In this document: positions 40,667 through 54,694 of the stretch, in pieces
Layout: every line of letters begins with the position of its first letter
Numbering within the stretch: position 1 is the first letter of the stretch
NCBI RefSeq assembly: GCF_006345805.1
Contig: NC_043015.1
Location: 36,704,001 to 36,768,000 of the forward strand
Direction of reading: 5' to 3'
Length of the DNA stretch: 64,000 nt
Source: Octopus sinensis
Taxonomy: Eukaryota
Program-made: the position numbers and the translations under genes
The notes under the pieces: model-generated
What the model was told of the DNA's origin: nothing
The model's database searches: none
What the model saw: only the letters and a program-made list of their open reading frames with translations

Positions 40667-41630
40667 AATATATATATATACATATATATATACATATATA
40701 TATATATATAATATATATAATATATATAGATATAGATTATATACATATATATATGAATACATATATAAATATACACACACATATATATGTAGGTGTGTGT
40801 ATGTATATATGTATGCATGCATGTATTTATATATGTAAGTTTACGTATATATATATATATGTATATACATATATATATATGTACCTACGATATATGCGTG
40901 TTGTTCCTATGGTGCCTAACACGCACATACACACCTATATGTCTGGTGTTTGTAGACAGTACACACACACACACAAGCACACACATACACATACACACAC
41001 AGATATATATATATCAATATATTTGTCAATCAATATGTGTATGGTATGTGTGTGCGCGTATGTTTGCGTGTGTGAATGTATGTGTTATCTCACATATATG
41101 TGCACTAAGGCATGAGCACCGAGTATAAGAAAGTAGATGTGTGTGTGTGTGTGTGTGCATGTGCGTGTGTCTTTGATCGATGAGAATCTCATCGGACTCG
41201 TAATTATCATATTCTGCTATAATTTGATGCTAATTCGTTTTCTCTATAGCAAAACGATTGGTAAAGTGGAGGCTGTGACAGGATTCTAGTTGACAACATA
41301 TGTTTGTGTTATGTGACTATATACTAAAATTTAGTGTTGGATATCATAGGACTGGAGAAACAACATATCGCACACGATTATGCAAACACACTACAAAATG
41401 AAATCCACACACACAAACACAAATTCATATATAGAAAGAATTAGAATTAAGATATATATTGATTCGAGACACATACATTCTATGCAGAAATATATATATA
41501 TATTATATATATATATATATATATTATACGTAGATATTTACTGCAGTATCCATGCGATACGCAGCAATGTCTGTTATCAATGTATTTCTGGAATGATACA
41601 AACGAATGTGTTATGTAATTAAAAATATCA

Positions 41631-41681
<51 letters not shown>

Positions 41682-42139
41682 AGAGCTACAAATTCAATTA
41701 CTCAAACTTCAGGCTAGGTCACTGGATAGATTTGGATAAAGAGTGCAGGCCTGGGGTTTGCTGTTCATGGGATGTGAGATGGGACTTGATTAATCCAGGC
41801 AGGGTCAAATGGAAAATTCGTTTAAAGACCTGAAAAAGCTTGTGAATCCAGAATCATCACTAATAATATATCCGATGTTCTGCAATATCCATATTAAAAA
41901 TACATTTATAAGACAAAGTAGAGATAATGGTCCTTACATATCTTTCCTTCATTAGGGCAAATTTGGCTTACAGATGTTTCCGGTAGTCATTACACTTACT
42001 CATAGACTTTTCCCATTTTCCCGACCATCAAACTAATGCACTTACGTGTTGTTCTTCCACCTGTCTTTGTCTTTTGATTTTCTACAAATATACATATACA
42101 TATATATGTATGTATATGTATAAGTATATGTATATGCAT

Positions 42140-42204
<65 letters not shown>

Positions 42205-42205
<1 letters not shown>

Positions 42206-42665
42206 TATTATTTTACTTGTTTCAGTCATTTGACGGCAGCCATGCTGGAGCAGTGTCTTTAAATAAGCAATTCGACCCCAGGGCATATTCCTTGTAAGAC
42301 TAGCACAATCAGTTGTTTTTCCCGACCGCTAAGTTACCGGGGTCCAAACACACATACATACATACATACATACATACATACATACATACATACATACACA
42401 CGCACACAACACCCACACCCCCATACATATACATATAAATATATGTATATATATATACATATAAGCAGCACGGACTTTGTCAGTGAAGAGGTCGCGGATT
42501 TTAGCGACGAAAATATTTTGACAAATTAAACTTAAATGTTGAAGTGAATCGAACGGCTTTTGTGTGTTTCTTAAATGGCTTATGAACACCTTCCACGCTG
42601 CAATTGTTTTCGTTTCAGCACACGATCTCAGATCAAATTACTTGCTATGCGAGTACATCTCCGTA

Positions 42666-42716
<51 letters not shown>

Positions 42717-42871
42717 TATATATATACGTTGGGCTTCTTTCAGTTTCTGTCTACCAAATCATCTCACAAGGTTTTGGTCGGCTCGAAGGAATAGTAGAAG
42801 CCACGCAGTGGGACTGAACCCGGCACTATGTACTGGTAAGCAAGCGACTTACCACACAGCCACTCCTGCGC
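42205..42871 (-). mobile_element. full-length bipartite SINE with a nested insertion in its internal microsatellite
   Basis: Head 42729-42871 (A-box gtggctgtgtggtaag and B-box gggttcagtccc on minus strand), tail 42205-42355, and an unrelated ~200-bp insert at 42464-42662. Confidence 0.85.
42464..42662 (+). mobile_element. short hammerhead-bearing element in a TA tract
   Basis: HHR at 42476-42525: TTTGTCA-GTGAAGA-G-GTCGC(8 nt)GCGAC-GAAA-ATATT-T-TGACAAA, with a 7-bp stem I and a 5-bp stem II. Confidence 0.75.
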
Positions 42872-42909
42872 GTATATATATATATACACACACACACTTA
42901 TATATATAT

Positions 42910-42977
<68 letters not shown>

Positions 42978-43459
42978 ATAGCTATGTATGTTTTCTTACA
43001 CAAACATACATCCAGGTAGATATACATTTAGGTACATATAACGAACCAATAAATTTGAGGTCCATTATGTAATACGATATAGGGATTATATGGATAAAAT
43101 TTGTTGATTTTTGCACCGGTCCTACATGGCAACGTATTTAATCTTTACCGGGCTTGAATAAATTGTCTAACCAAGTCAGACGGCTTTATCTCTATCAACC
43201 ACTGTTAAGGGAGAGAACATTGCATTCCAAACATCCGGCTGAGATCAAATGTCTGCTAATAACTTGTTCCTTTCCTTCCATCTGTCTCAGTTATTATTCA
43301 AAATCAAAGTGTGTTGAGATCAAAGGTTTCCACTCAAACAGCCAGATACAAAAATGAAGCGAAAGAATGACATCAAGAGAGCAAATTTTGAACAACAAAT
43401 GAGTATTGAATCACAAAATCCTTCCTCGGTCGATTGTTTGTGCTATCTACAATAGTACC

Positions 43460-43534
<75 letters not shown>

Positions 43535-44134
43535 CATACATACATCTCGCACTTTTCTCACAATTGATACAGTAAACATTGCAAAAAGCTTTATACATTT
43601 CCAGACGTAATCAATGGAAGCTTCTCGTTCTTTCTTTAAAATATGCATTGAAACAGTTCTTCTGAGGAATACTGAACATCTCTAATTATTTCTCATTCAG
43701 GATTGTATACACTGGCAAATAACATTCTATGTTGTGGATACAGTTTTCGCAAATGTTTTGTATACACCGATGCTTCCATAATTCCCGGTATAGCTCTCGT
43801 TATTCTGCTCATATGATACACAGGCACACACATACACACACACAGATACATATATGTACATACACACACGCATGTATATATATATATATATAGACATGCA
43901 TATATACACACAAATATATACATATATATATATATACCAACACACATATACATGTGTATTTGTCTTTATATGCGTGTGTACATGTGTATGTGTGTATATA
44001 TGTATATATATATGTATGTATACATGCATATGTATATATATGTATATACATGCTTACATAAATATGCATATTTACATGTATATATATATATATATAAGTA
44101 TGTATGTATATATACATACATATATATATATATG

Positions 44135-44179
<45 letters not shown>

Positions 44180-44217
44180 TATATATATACATAAATACAT
44201 ACTACTTATATATATAT

Positions 44218-44264
<47 letters not shown>

Positions 44265-44708
44265 TATATATATAATAGGATGGCTAGTTTAAGTATACAA
44301 TAATATTCGTTGCATACTTTCATTCACGAATAGGGTGGTAATAATATGGATATTCTGGGAATGCACTTTTTATTATATACATTTATTCTGTTATTCAGGA
44401 ATTCGTTCCCTAATAACATAGTATGGACGTATGCGGTTTTCATCAATATTCTTTTATTTAGAAATAACGGTTGATAATATGTTATATCAGCTATGCACCA
44501 TTCATAGATATTACCACGTTTAGTATTATATATATATTTTAAAATTTTAGTTGTGTTACGTTATGTATCATGTCCATATTGCAAGAACTCATTCGAAAGT
44601 TATTTTGTAGAATATATCGACCCCAGTTTTTTATTCCTATACTGCATCTATGGACGTATATATATATATAATATATATATATATAATATATATGTATGTG
44701 TGTGTGTG

Positions 44709-44740
<32 letters not shown>

Positions 44741-44867
44741 CATTGGTTTGTAGCAATAATTAGATTATGTCCATAGCCAAGTTCATCCACGTATGTACCA
44801 TTTTGTTCTTGTACATTTTGATTTCTTAGAGGAAGCATTATTATTCCATCATTCACGAACTTGAATA

Positions 44868-44932
44868 GTGATGATTATGATGATTATGATGATGATGATG
44901 ACAACGACGATGATGATGATGATGATTATGAC

Positions 44933-44986
<54 letters not shown>

Positions 44987-45036
44987 AATGATTATGATGA
45001 TGATGATGGTGGTGGTGGTGATGATGATGATGATGG
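44868..45036. repeat. (ATG)n microsatellite
   Basis: Directly visible; it explains the poly-M ORF. Confidence 0.97.
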
Positions 45037-45198
45037 GTAATAATACGAATAAGTATAAAATAAATGCGATATTAAATATTTATACAAACATACAATTTTC
45101 GAATACCTTCATTACAGGACAACCGGCAGCTACAGTGGAACGGATCTCACAACAGCTGATTGTGAGGTGAACTTATTAACCCCTCCGCTCCTTTACAG

Positions 45199-45222
45199 AT
45201 GTCGTTGCCCATAGTACAATCG
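45199..45222 (+). CDS. candidate 24-nt microexon (phase 1/1, VVAHSTI)
   Basis: ttattaac..ccctccgctcctttacag acceptor and CG|GTAAGG donor; the frame is open. No homology recognised. Confidence 0.3.
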
Positions 45223-47302
45223 GTAAGGGAGCTTCACCTTGCTTCATTTACAAATTAACAACAAACCCCAAACGTTATGTCTTACGTGTATTGCTTCCGG
45301 TCATTAACCTAACGGGATTACCTGGACCTTTCACCATTTGACTGTCGATTATTATTAACACCTCATGTTAATGTGATTCACACAAATAACTCGTTAACAT
45401 TCTTTCCAGCCTTGAACCACGCTCTGTTATTCGTATTCCCAGTATTGCCATGTAATATCAACATTCGATACAAATATAGAGTAGTTGTTTGTTTGTTTGT
45501 TTATCTGGTTGTTTGTTTGTTTTTTCGGTTGGCTGCTTGCTTGGTTGACTGATTCCAGCAATCACACTTTACATCTTCTAGACTGAGAGATGGAGATGAT
45601 GTGTAAGATAGAGAGGGATTGAAAGCGGGAGATGTAGTTAGCAAGAGATTTGCAGGATGGCAGCCTAATAACTTTGTTATAGGAATTTGGTTTGAACAAT
45701 GACTATATTTACACCGGTTGAAGTCGTACCCCTGATTTACTGTTATTTACTACATATTTGGTCTTCACTTCAATTTTTTTTGTTATTATTATTATCTAAA
45801 TATCATTGTCACGAAAGAAACTAAAATGAAATGAAGACCAAATGTATGGTGCGTGTGTTTCATTGGCAAAATATGACCTTCCGCAAGTATAAAAATATAT
45901 GTTTCAATACACGATTCCACATCAAGAATCTTCCAAAACCACAAAACAGAACCGTAACATTTGTACAAACGTTTTTGACTTCGAAAACAAACTTCATATC
46001 AGCTTTGCTCTGTGTATATGTCACACATCATTTCTTTTAGGTAAAAACCATCTCGAAGAGAATGTAACATGTACACGAGTAAATTCAGTATATTTTAAGT
46101 CAATAAATGCTGCTCTTTTGTGAAATAGCGTCCATTCCTTCGTGTTGTATAAGCTCCAAGAAATTAGATAAAAATTAAATGATGAGTATTGTATGTTTGC
46201 CATATTTCCTTATTAATGTTCATGGCAGCAAAATCACGTTTTCAAAGATACTGGTAAAACTCTTAATTGTATTATAGAATGTACTGTCGGTTTGTAGTCA
46301 TTGAAACCAACTTCCAGCCACCCACGAGACAATAATCGAAGAGGAGATAATGAAGGACAAAAATATTCCGAATTTGCTATTAATCTAAGTTCATAAATCG
46401 AAACAGGAACCGTTGCCATTGCTTGTAAGACGAACGTATTTAAAATGCAAAAAAAAAAAAAAAACAGGAACATACAACGTCAACGCCCGTGTGACTGATT
46501 GCTTATCTTAGCTAATGAGGTTGTTTCGATAAGAACAATGCAACTAACAAGCGATGTCAAGCATTAGCAATGTCGTAATACGGCAACACATTGAAAAGTA
46601 ACAACAACAACAAAAACCAAAAAAGAAAACTATTACACTTGGCGACAATATCAAATTTGATAAGTGTCAACAAAATTAGCAAAGATCGAACATGAGCGCA
46701 GATTCGATGCACACGTCTGCAAGAATATTGTTAATTATCTCACCGTTTCCAATAAAGGGAATATATAATAATTTGCATCAATGCCAAGACTGGTAATTGT
46801 TCTATTTTCCAGCACCAACTTAGCTGGTAACCTACTTAAACATCTGAGTGTATGTGTCTGTGTGTTTGTGTGTGTGTGTGTGTGTAGGCACGGTTCTATG
46901 TATTTTTGTATATATTTATATGTACAGACTCACACACAGATGCATCTGTATATACATATATACACGCGTGCACATTCATACATATATACCTATATAATTA
47001 CCTAACATACATACTCACATACAAACATGCATACATACATAGATACATACATATATATGCATACATACACGCATATATAAATACACACACACACATACTC
47101 ATATATGCACATGGACATCTCAAAGCAAAAAATAATCTTCGCTAGTATTCGGGCGTTTACGCTGCCTAGTCAGTGATACAATGGTGTTCCTATTTTCCTA
47201 CCATGTGTTTCTGTATGTGTCTCTCTCTACCTCTATCTATGTCTCCCTCTCTCTCTCTCCCTACAGCTCTCTCTCTCCCTCTCTGTATATACATACATAC
47301 GG

Positions 47303-47393
<91 letters not shown>

Positions 47394-47917
47394 TACATTC
47401 TATATGCAAGCTTTTGATGTGTAAAGGTCAGATTTTGTTGTATTCTGATGTATATTTTATGATTTTATTGTGTTTGTGTCTTATTTTATATGATTTCGTT
47501 TTAGTTTGGGTTTTTATTGTTTATATTTTATCCTTGCCTACTTTATTTTATTCTTGATATGACAAGGATTGTCTTATTGTATTTCAGTTCCTTATGGAGA
47601 CGGATACCGTGCCACACTAAAATGCATTGTTGTGGAAATAAAAAAAATAGAAAAGGAAAAACCAGGACGCCTTTCAAAGTCAGCTGCGGGAATTCATTTG
47701 CACTTGTGGTGCAAGGAAATTATATAGGATCTCACCTTTGGAATACTGGAGCATGATGTGTCGAAACGATCGTAGTTACCCTGAATAAAATCTCCTGAAT
47801 TCCACTTTCTATCATCATTATCTATCTATCTGTTTATCTGTCTGTCTGTCTGTATATCTATCTCTCTATTTTTCTCTCTCTCTCTCCCTCTCTCTTTATA
47901 TATATGTGTATATCTAT

Positions 47918-47980
<63 letters not shown>

Positions 47981-48082
47981 CGCATATATATATATATAGA
48001 GAGAGAGATAGAGATAGACAGACAGTCAGATAGATAGATAGATATTGTATATAAACTAGAGATATATAAGTATATATGTATA

Positions 48083-48136
<54 letters not shown>

Positions 48137-49145
48137 CTAGCACACGTAAGTACACACATGCACGCACAAACGCACAGACATATATTTATAACATCGTCGC
48201 GTATGTGCTTCTCTGTGTGTCTGTTAGTGAGTCTAAGATTCTGCAGTGGCGTGCACGTGTGTGTTTATATATGGCTAATCAGTCGTGAGCACGAGTTTGA
48301 GAGAGAGCATGCATGCTTTCTACAAAAGCACCTATGTATGTGATATGCATGTAAGCATGCGCCTGTACACACGAACGCACACACATACATGTATAAATAC
48401 CTGCATGTGTGCGGGGGAGTGTGGGGGGTTTGTGTGTCAGAGAGCGCAAGACGAAAACCTATAATTAATAAATGGAGATTTTCCCTCACTGAACATTCCA
48501 AATATCAACTTCGCTTCACATTAATCACATCCTCCACTTCTTTTTGACGTTAACATTCTCTCCCGTCCTCACACTACGCCTCATCCACCTGCCACACCTC
48601 CTCCGTCTCCTTCATATTCCCCACCTGATTATTCTCTCTTCTTTTTGTGTCTTTTTGTTTTGCATTTCCTCTTTCTCTTCCTATTTTCGCAACTCACACA
48701 CATTGCCAGATTAAATTGAGGAACCGAATTATATATCACTGCAAGAATAATGAGATAACAATGCTTCTGTCACGACGCATGGAAATATGACATAGTTAAG
48801 CACAAGAAAGAAATACACGCACACACGCACACACACACACAGACACACACACACATCTCAGTTAACGTTCTGCATTTATACATACACAGAAATCTATGTG
48901 TGTGCATGTCTGTGTGTTTGTGTGCATGCGTGTATATGTATTTACGTCAATTTATATGTCAGTCTGTCTGTCTATCTATATATCTATGTATCTTTCTATG
49001 TATCTATGTATCTATGTATTTATCTATATATGTAATGAATCTATCTATATATGTATGTTTATATATATAATATATGTATATATATAATATATATTTATAC
49101 ATATATCTACATATATACATATATATATATATTTATACATATATC

Positions 49146-49215
<70 letters not shown>

Positions 49216-49267
49216 CTATATATATAATACATATATATATACATATATATATATACATATATATATA

Positions 49268-49327
<60 letters not shown>

Positions 49328-49329
49328 TC

Positions 49330-49830
49330 GGGAGTTATTTCGCGCGTGCATTGAATATCGAGTGCGGAGAGCTTAGTGATAAACAAGAAGAAGGAGCTGT
49401 ATTCCTGGGGTTACAATTTCAGTATCGTCGTCTCTTGCAGCACACCCGATTTAAAATTGGGCTAAAGACATGGTATTGGTTCGGGTACTGCTTCTTTTTC
49501 TGACAGGGATTTTTGCGAGTGACTAGTTTCCTAGATACAAAATGAGTGATTGTAGGTTATAGCAATTTCCAAATGTTGCATTCAAGGTTAAACAACTGCG
49601 TTACCGAACAAATAAATGTCCACCGCCGAAGAGATCTAATAACATCAAAATTACCTCGTCTAATGTTCTCGAAGCTAGGCTGGATACAGTTATCTCCCGC
49701 TGGCAATAAATATGGAGTGCAGAAAGCGCTGTGAATATAACAGCTGGATAAGATATCTTCCTGGGGTTAAAATTGCAGTATCGTCGTCTCTTAGAGAACA
49801 CTCACATTATTATTGTGAGTGTTCTCACAT
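49330..49830 (+). mobile_element. decayed ~356-bp-period unit with a degenerate hammerhead and a terminal hairpin
   Basis: 35-bp direct repeat at 49402-49436 and 49758-49792. Degenerate HHR at 49618-49685. Perfect 13-bp hairpin at 49794-49826. (TA)n on the left. Confidence 0.5.
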
Positions 49831-50008
49831 TATAATCTCACAGGGATAAACACTACCTACATGTGTGTGTGTTACGGGGTGCATTGTTATTTTTTATTAA
49901 GGTCATATTGTTTTTGCTAATTAACCAAACCAATTATATATTTGTTCTTCTCTTCAGTTTTATTGTTATCGTTATAGTTATAGTCCCTAGGGTGAAATCT
50001 TTCTTCAG

Positions 50009-50078
50009 ATATCCCGAGGGAGCACGAAACAGAACAGGACCAGACACGAAGGAATAGTGCACCGTTGCTGATGTCACG
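50009..50078 (+). CDS. candidate internal coding exon (IPREHETEQDQTRRNSAPLLMS)
   Basis: tctttcttcag acceptor and consensus CG|GTAAGT donor. GC-richer than its flanks, and only the phase 1-to-2 frame is open. Product unidentified. Confidence 0.45.
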
Positions 50079-50429
50079 GTAAGTGTGACGAAAGATTTCA
50101 GACACGTGACATTAAATTAATGATAATAAAAGAAAAAAAAGAGAAGGAAGAAAGCTAAAGTGAAGAATAAGTATATAATGTGTGCGCGTGTTTAATTGGC
50201 AACATCCCCCCGACACACACACTCAATATATAAGCATCCCCAAATATTATAATATCTCTCTCAACACACGAGTTCACGTCAGAGATTGTGCAAAACAAAT
50301 ACATATACGTATATGCGCGCACGTGTGTAGGTATGTATATTTGTATATTTATACATTGAATGTATATATAAATTTGTATGTATGTATGTATGCATGTATG
50401 TATGTATTTATGTATGTATATACATACAT

Positions 50430-50510
<81 letters not shown>

Positions 50511-50512
<2 letters not shown>

Positions 50513-51556
50513 CATAATTAAATCTCAGAATGAGATTGAAACAGTAATAGCTCGATAATGTAAAGTATAGAAGCCATCTTATCATGGCAACCACATTGGG
50601 GAGGGGGCGTTACTGTAGCTTTATAGCCCCAAGAGATCTTCGTCTCTAGCTGGCTTTAGACACAATATCTGTGTCCTTGGAGTATTTGAAAAGGGAGGCC
50701 ATCCCTTCCTCGCAAGCTTGAGTGATACGCTCGAACTAGTTTCGGGATTGTTGTCCCTCGTCAACGGGCGTTAACCACCAGGTAGCGATGAAAGAGAAGG
50801 CTCCTTTGCAAATAGATAGTAGTTTTTTTAATGGCGTCTTCGAGCGATTACTGTTTCAATCTCATTCTGATATTTAATTATGCTTACTGTTCGTTTTTTT
50901 GACATCAGTGGCAGACGCCATTAGAAAAACTTATATCTATTTGCAAAGGAGCCTTCTCTTTCATTGCTACTTGGTGGTTACCGTCCGTTGACGAGGGACA
51001 ACAATCCCGAAACTAGTTCGAGCGTATCACTCAGGCTTGCGAGGAAGGGATGGCCTCCCTTTTCAAATACTCCAAGGACACAGATATTGTGTCTAAAGCT
51101 AGCTAGAGACGAAGATCTCTTGGGGCTATAAAGCTACAGTAACACCCCCTCCCCAATGTTGTTAGTCATGATAAGATGGCTTCTATACTTATCATTATCG
51201 AGCGATTACTGTTTCAATCTCATTCTGAGATTTAATTATGCTTAATGTTCGTTTTTCGACATCAGTGGCAGACGCCATTAGAAAAACTTATATCTATTTG
51301 CAAAGGAGCCTTCTCTTTCATAGCTACCTGGTGGTTACCGCCCGTTGACGAGGGACAACAATCCCGAAACTAGTTCGAGCGTATCACTCAGGCTTGCGAG
51401 GAAGGGATGGCCTCCCTTTGCAAATACTCCAAGGACACAGATATTGTGTCTAAAGCCAGCTAGAGACAAAGGTCTCTTGAGGCTATAAAGCTACAGTAAG
51501 ATCCCCCTCCCCAATGTGGTTAGCCATGATAAGATGGCTTCTATACTTTACATTAT
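50511..51556. mobile_element. retrozyme-like / Penelope pLTR array: one inverted plus two tandem ~357-358 bp units, each with a type I hammerhead
   Basis: Plus units 50841-51198 and 51199-51556, and a minus, circularly permuted unit 50511-50840. HHRs at 50982-51024 (+), 51339-51381 (+) and 50728-50770 (-). (TA)n on both flanks. Confidence 0.88.
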
Positions 51557-52127
51557 ATATATATATATATGTATATAATGGCACATACACCGATATTTGT
51601 GCTCATTTTTTCTGAGTAGTGTGCATTTGGTTTTGCTTGACATACTGTGAAATGATTTAACCATTCCTAGTTTCGTCAACGGATTCAATAATTTAATCAT
51701 CCTCCCCTTCATCTTCATCCTCCTCTTCATCCTCAACCTCTTCATCATCATCACAATCGTCATCATCATCAACATCATCATCATTACTTCCCGTCGTCAT
51801 TGATCACTGCGATTACAATATCGATAGGTCATGTCCAACAGCAACTACAACAACCACTCCCTCTTCTCTTTAATTACCTCATGATTCCCTTCTTCCTTGT
51901 TCTCCTCTCTTGCTCTCCCACTCCAACATACATCTTGTCCATATAAACACCATTTCTAAAATCAACAACCCCATTAAACAATTCCTTCGTGTTGACCATT
52001 CTAATCGTCATCGGATTCTATCACATTTAGCACAAACATCTCTCTGCAAGCAACAGCAAATTAACTATCATTATCGCTATCCCTTTCTCCTTCTCTCCCT
52101 CACTCTGTGTATATGTACCCATATGTA

Positions 52128-52188
<61 letters not shown>

Positions 52189-52262
52189 TGTACGTTTTAT
52201 ATAAAATGAGACAACAAACCAAGGCTATGCGGAAGTTCCAGGACATTTATAAAGAGAAAGTG

Positions 52263-52312
52263 CGTCTCACATCTGTTTCTGGGATATTACAGATATCCCT
52301 TCATCAGAGACG
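52263..52312 (-). ncRNA. type I hammerhead-like motif (probably inactive)
   Basis: Minus strand reads CGTCT-CTGATGA-A-GGGATAT(CTGTA)ATATCCC-A-GAAA-CAGATG-TG-AGACG, with a 5-bp stem I and a 7-bp stem II. Position 17 is G. Confidence 0.65.
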
Positions 52313-54283
52313 ATGTGAGATGGTTAAGTAGAGGGAAACGGTAGAGTTCAATATGGGGAATTATACTGGAAAAGGATGGAAATGAGAAGTATAAAGGGAA
52401 ATAAGAGTTCATATTTTGTAATTACAACTAGAAAGTGTGCAGACGTAGATTCCTTTGACAAGAAGCATTTCTAAACAACACTTTCCTTGGATAATGGGTC
52501 TGCAACTATAATATCTTACATATTAATTCATACTCAGTTTATAGAAGTTAATAGCGATATCTCCACAACTTAAAATTAGTTCAACTTTAATTAAATCAGT
52601 ATATATTTGACATGTTCTTTAACCCCAGTTGCTCCCTTATTGAATACCAGTTAAATCCATTTGATCAATCTCCATAGAAACCTTATAATAAGTGAATATT
52701 TTAGATAAGTAATAAGTATATAAATATTAATCTATTCCTTTACAATTTTCTTTTTCCTCCCTCTAATGTGGTAAAAAAATTTGGTATAAACTCAAAAGTA
52801 TTCAAAGAAGTGGTATCTTTTTTTTTTATTTTCATTCTTAATAATCTTCTTGATTACCCTCAATTCCAACTTTCTACAATAAGACAATATTGTTTGAAAG
52901 GATATTTAGAAATTACTTCATTTATCTCTTTCTTAAATGGCTCTACCCTCCTGATCTTAGCATTTATAAGGGCCTTTATATAAATAACCCTTCTAAATAT
53001 GTACCACTAAGAAACTAAAAATGTCATGTAGGGAGTATCCATAATAATTTCTTAAACCTATAATATAACCCTTAATTTAAAAAAAAAGATTAGTGTAAAA
53101 TACGATTGTTCCATAGCTTAAATATCCCTTTAGCTGATACCAGATATTAGCTATTGATATTAGCTAAATAAGTAAATATATAATTTTTAGTCTAATATAT
53201 TTTGAATTATTATACTTTTTCTATAAATCTTCTCTATTGGTGTTAATAAGCTACATATACTTTAGCATAGTATTAGTAATTAAGCCATTTTATTTCATCT
53301 TCTATGCTGTTCTGCCCTACTTGATTATTTTATTTTATTTCGTTACTATTTTATCATTAGCCTTTATATATTTATAAAATTAATCTAATTTTTGTATCTC
53401 TATAAATTCAACTTAGGTTATATAAAACTATACTGGTATATTCACTACTTATAAAAAATACTGCTTAGATTATAATTTTATTAATATATAATTAGCATGT
53501 TCCTTTACCACAATATTCCTTTATTAATAACAGTATATACCAATTAATCAATATTCAGAGATACCATCTGATGAGTTTGTATTTAAGTGTATAATATGTA
53601 TAGATATTAAACTATTTCTGGATAATTTCTTTTCCTCCCTCTATTGTGGTAAAAGTTTGGTATATACTCAAAAGTATTCATAAATTTCTATCCTTTTGTT
53701 ATAATATTCTTCTTAATAATCCTTTGAATAATCCTAAACTTTAACTGGATACAATATAGCAATATTGTTTAAAATATTTAACTTTAGTACTACATGATGA
53801 GACTTCCCCTGTTTCATTACCAATAGTCTGCTTGTGTGCCAGCCCCTTAATTATCAGCTAACATCTTGTTTTAAGTTTTCCTTTACCACACCTCATGATA
53901 TTTCTTCTAATAAATCTTGATTTTCATGACTATATCAACTATGATGTCTGTCTGGTCCCTCAGCCCTAATCCTACTCGTAACAGATACTGCTCTTTGTAC
54001 TCTCAGCCTTAGATATACAAGGGATTTGATAAGCTAGTCAATAAATTAAAATTGACCCCATAAAAACAACAAAATCAGTGACAGATAGAGTCTGTAACAA
54101 TGTATAACTTCTAAACTGGAGTGAGTCAGCATGTTCATTGTCCATCTCCTTAACTTCTTGGAGATTTTAGGTATAATCATAATAGTGTGTCCATCTGTTC
54201 TAATTTAATTAAATTCTATGCCTTTGTGCAACTGAAGATTGCTCTGCATTACCTCTGGATATCCTTGTTACTTATTTTGATAG

Positions 54284-54356
<73 letters not shown>

Positions 54357-54482
54357 ATATATGTTTGTGTGTGTGTGTGTGTATACATATATATGTAATT
54401 TTCTAGATGGTATAATTTAATTTTTCATTATTGAATTGATAAAAGGTGTTTTTCCTTACTAATTTATATACATACATAATAC

Positions 54483-54694
<212 letters not shown>

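Noticed and set aside
47745-47795. CGAAACGATCGTA with a palindromic stem III
   Set aside because: The CUGANGA box and stem I are too degenerate to call.
50841-51556. CRISPR-like array
   Set aside because: The units are ~357 bp and repeat in full, with no unique spacers; the context is eukaryotic.
52600-53800. Mitochondrial insertion (NUMT) suggested by very high AT content
   Set aside because: No mitochondrial gene, rRNA or tRNA signature could be read.
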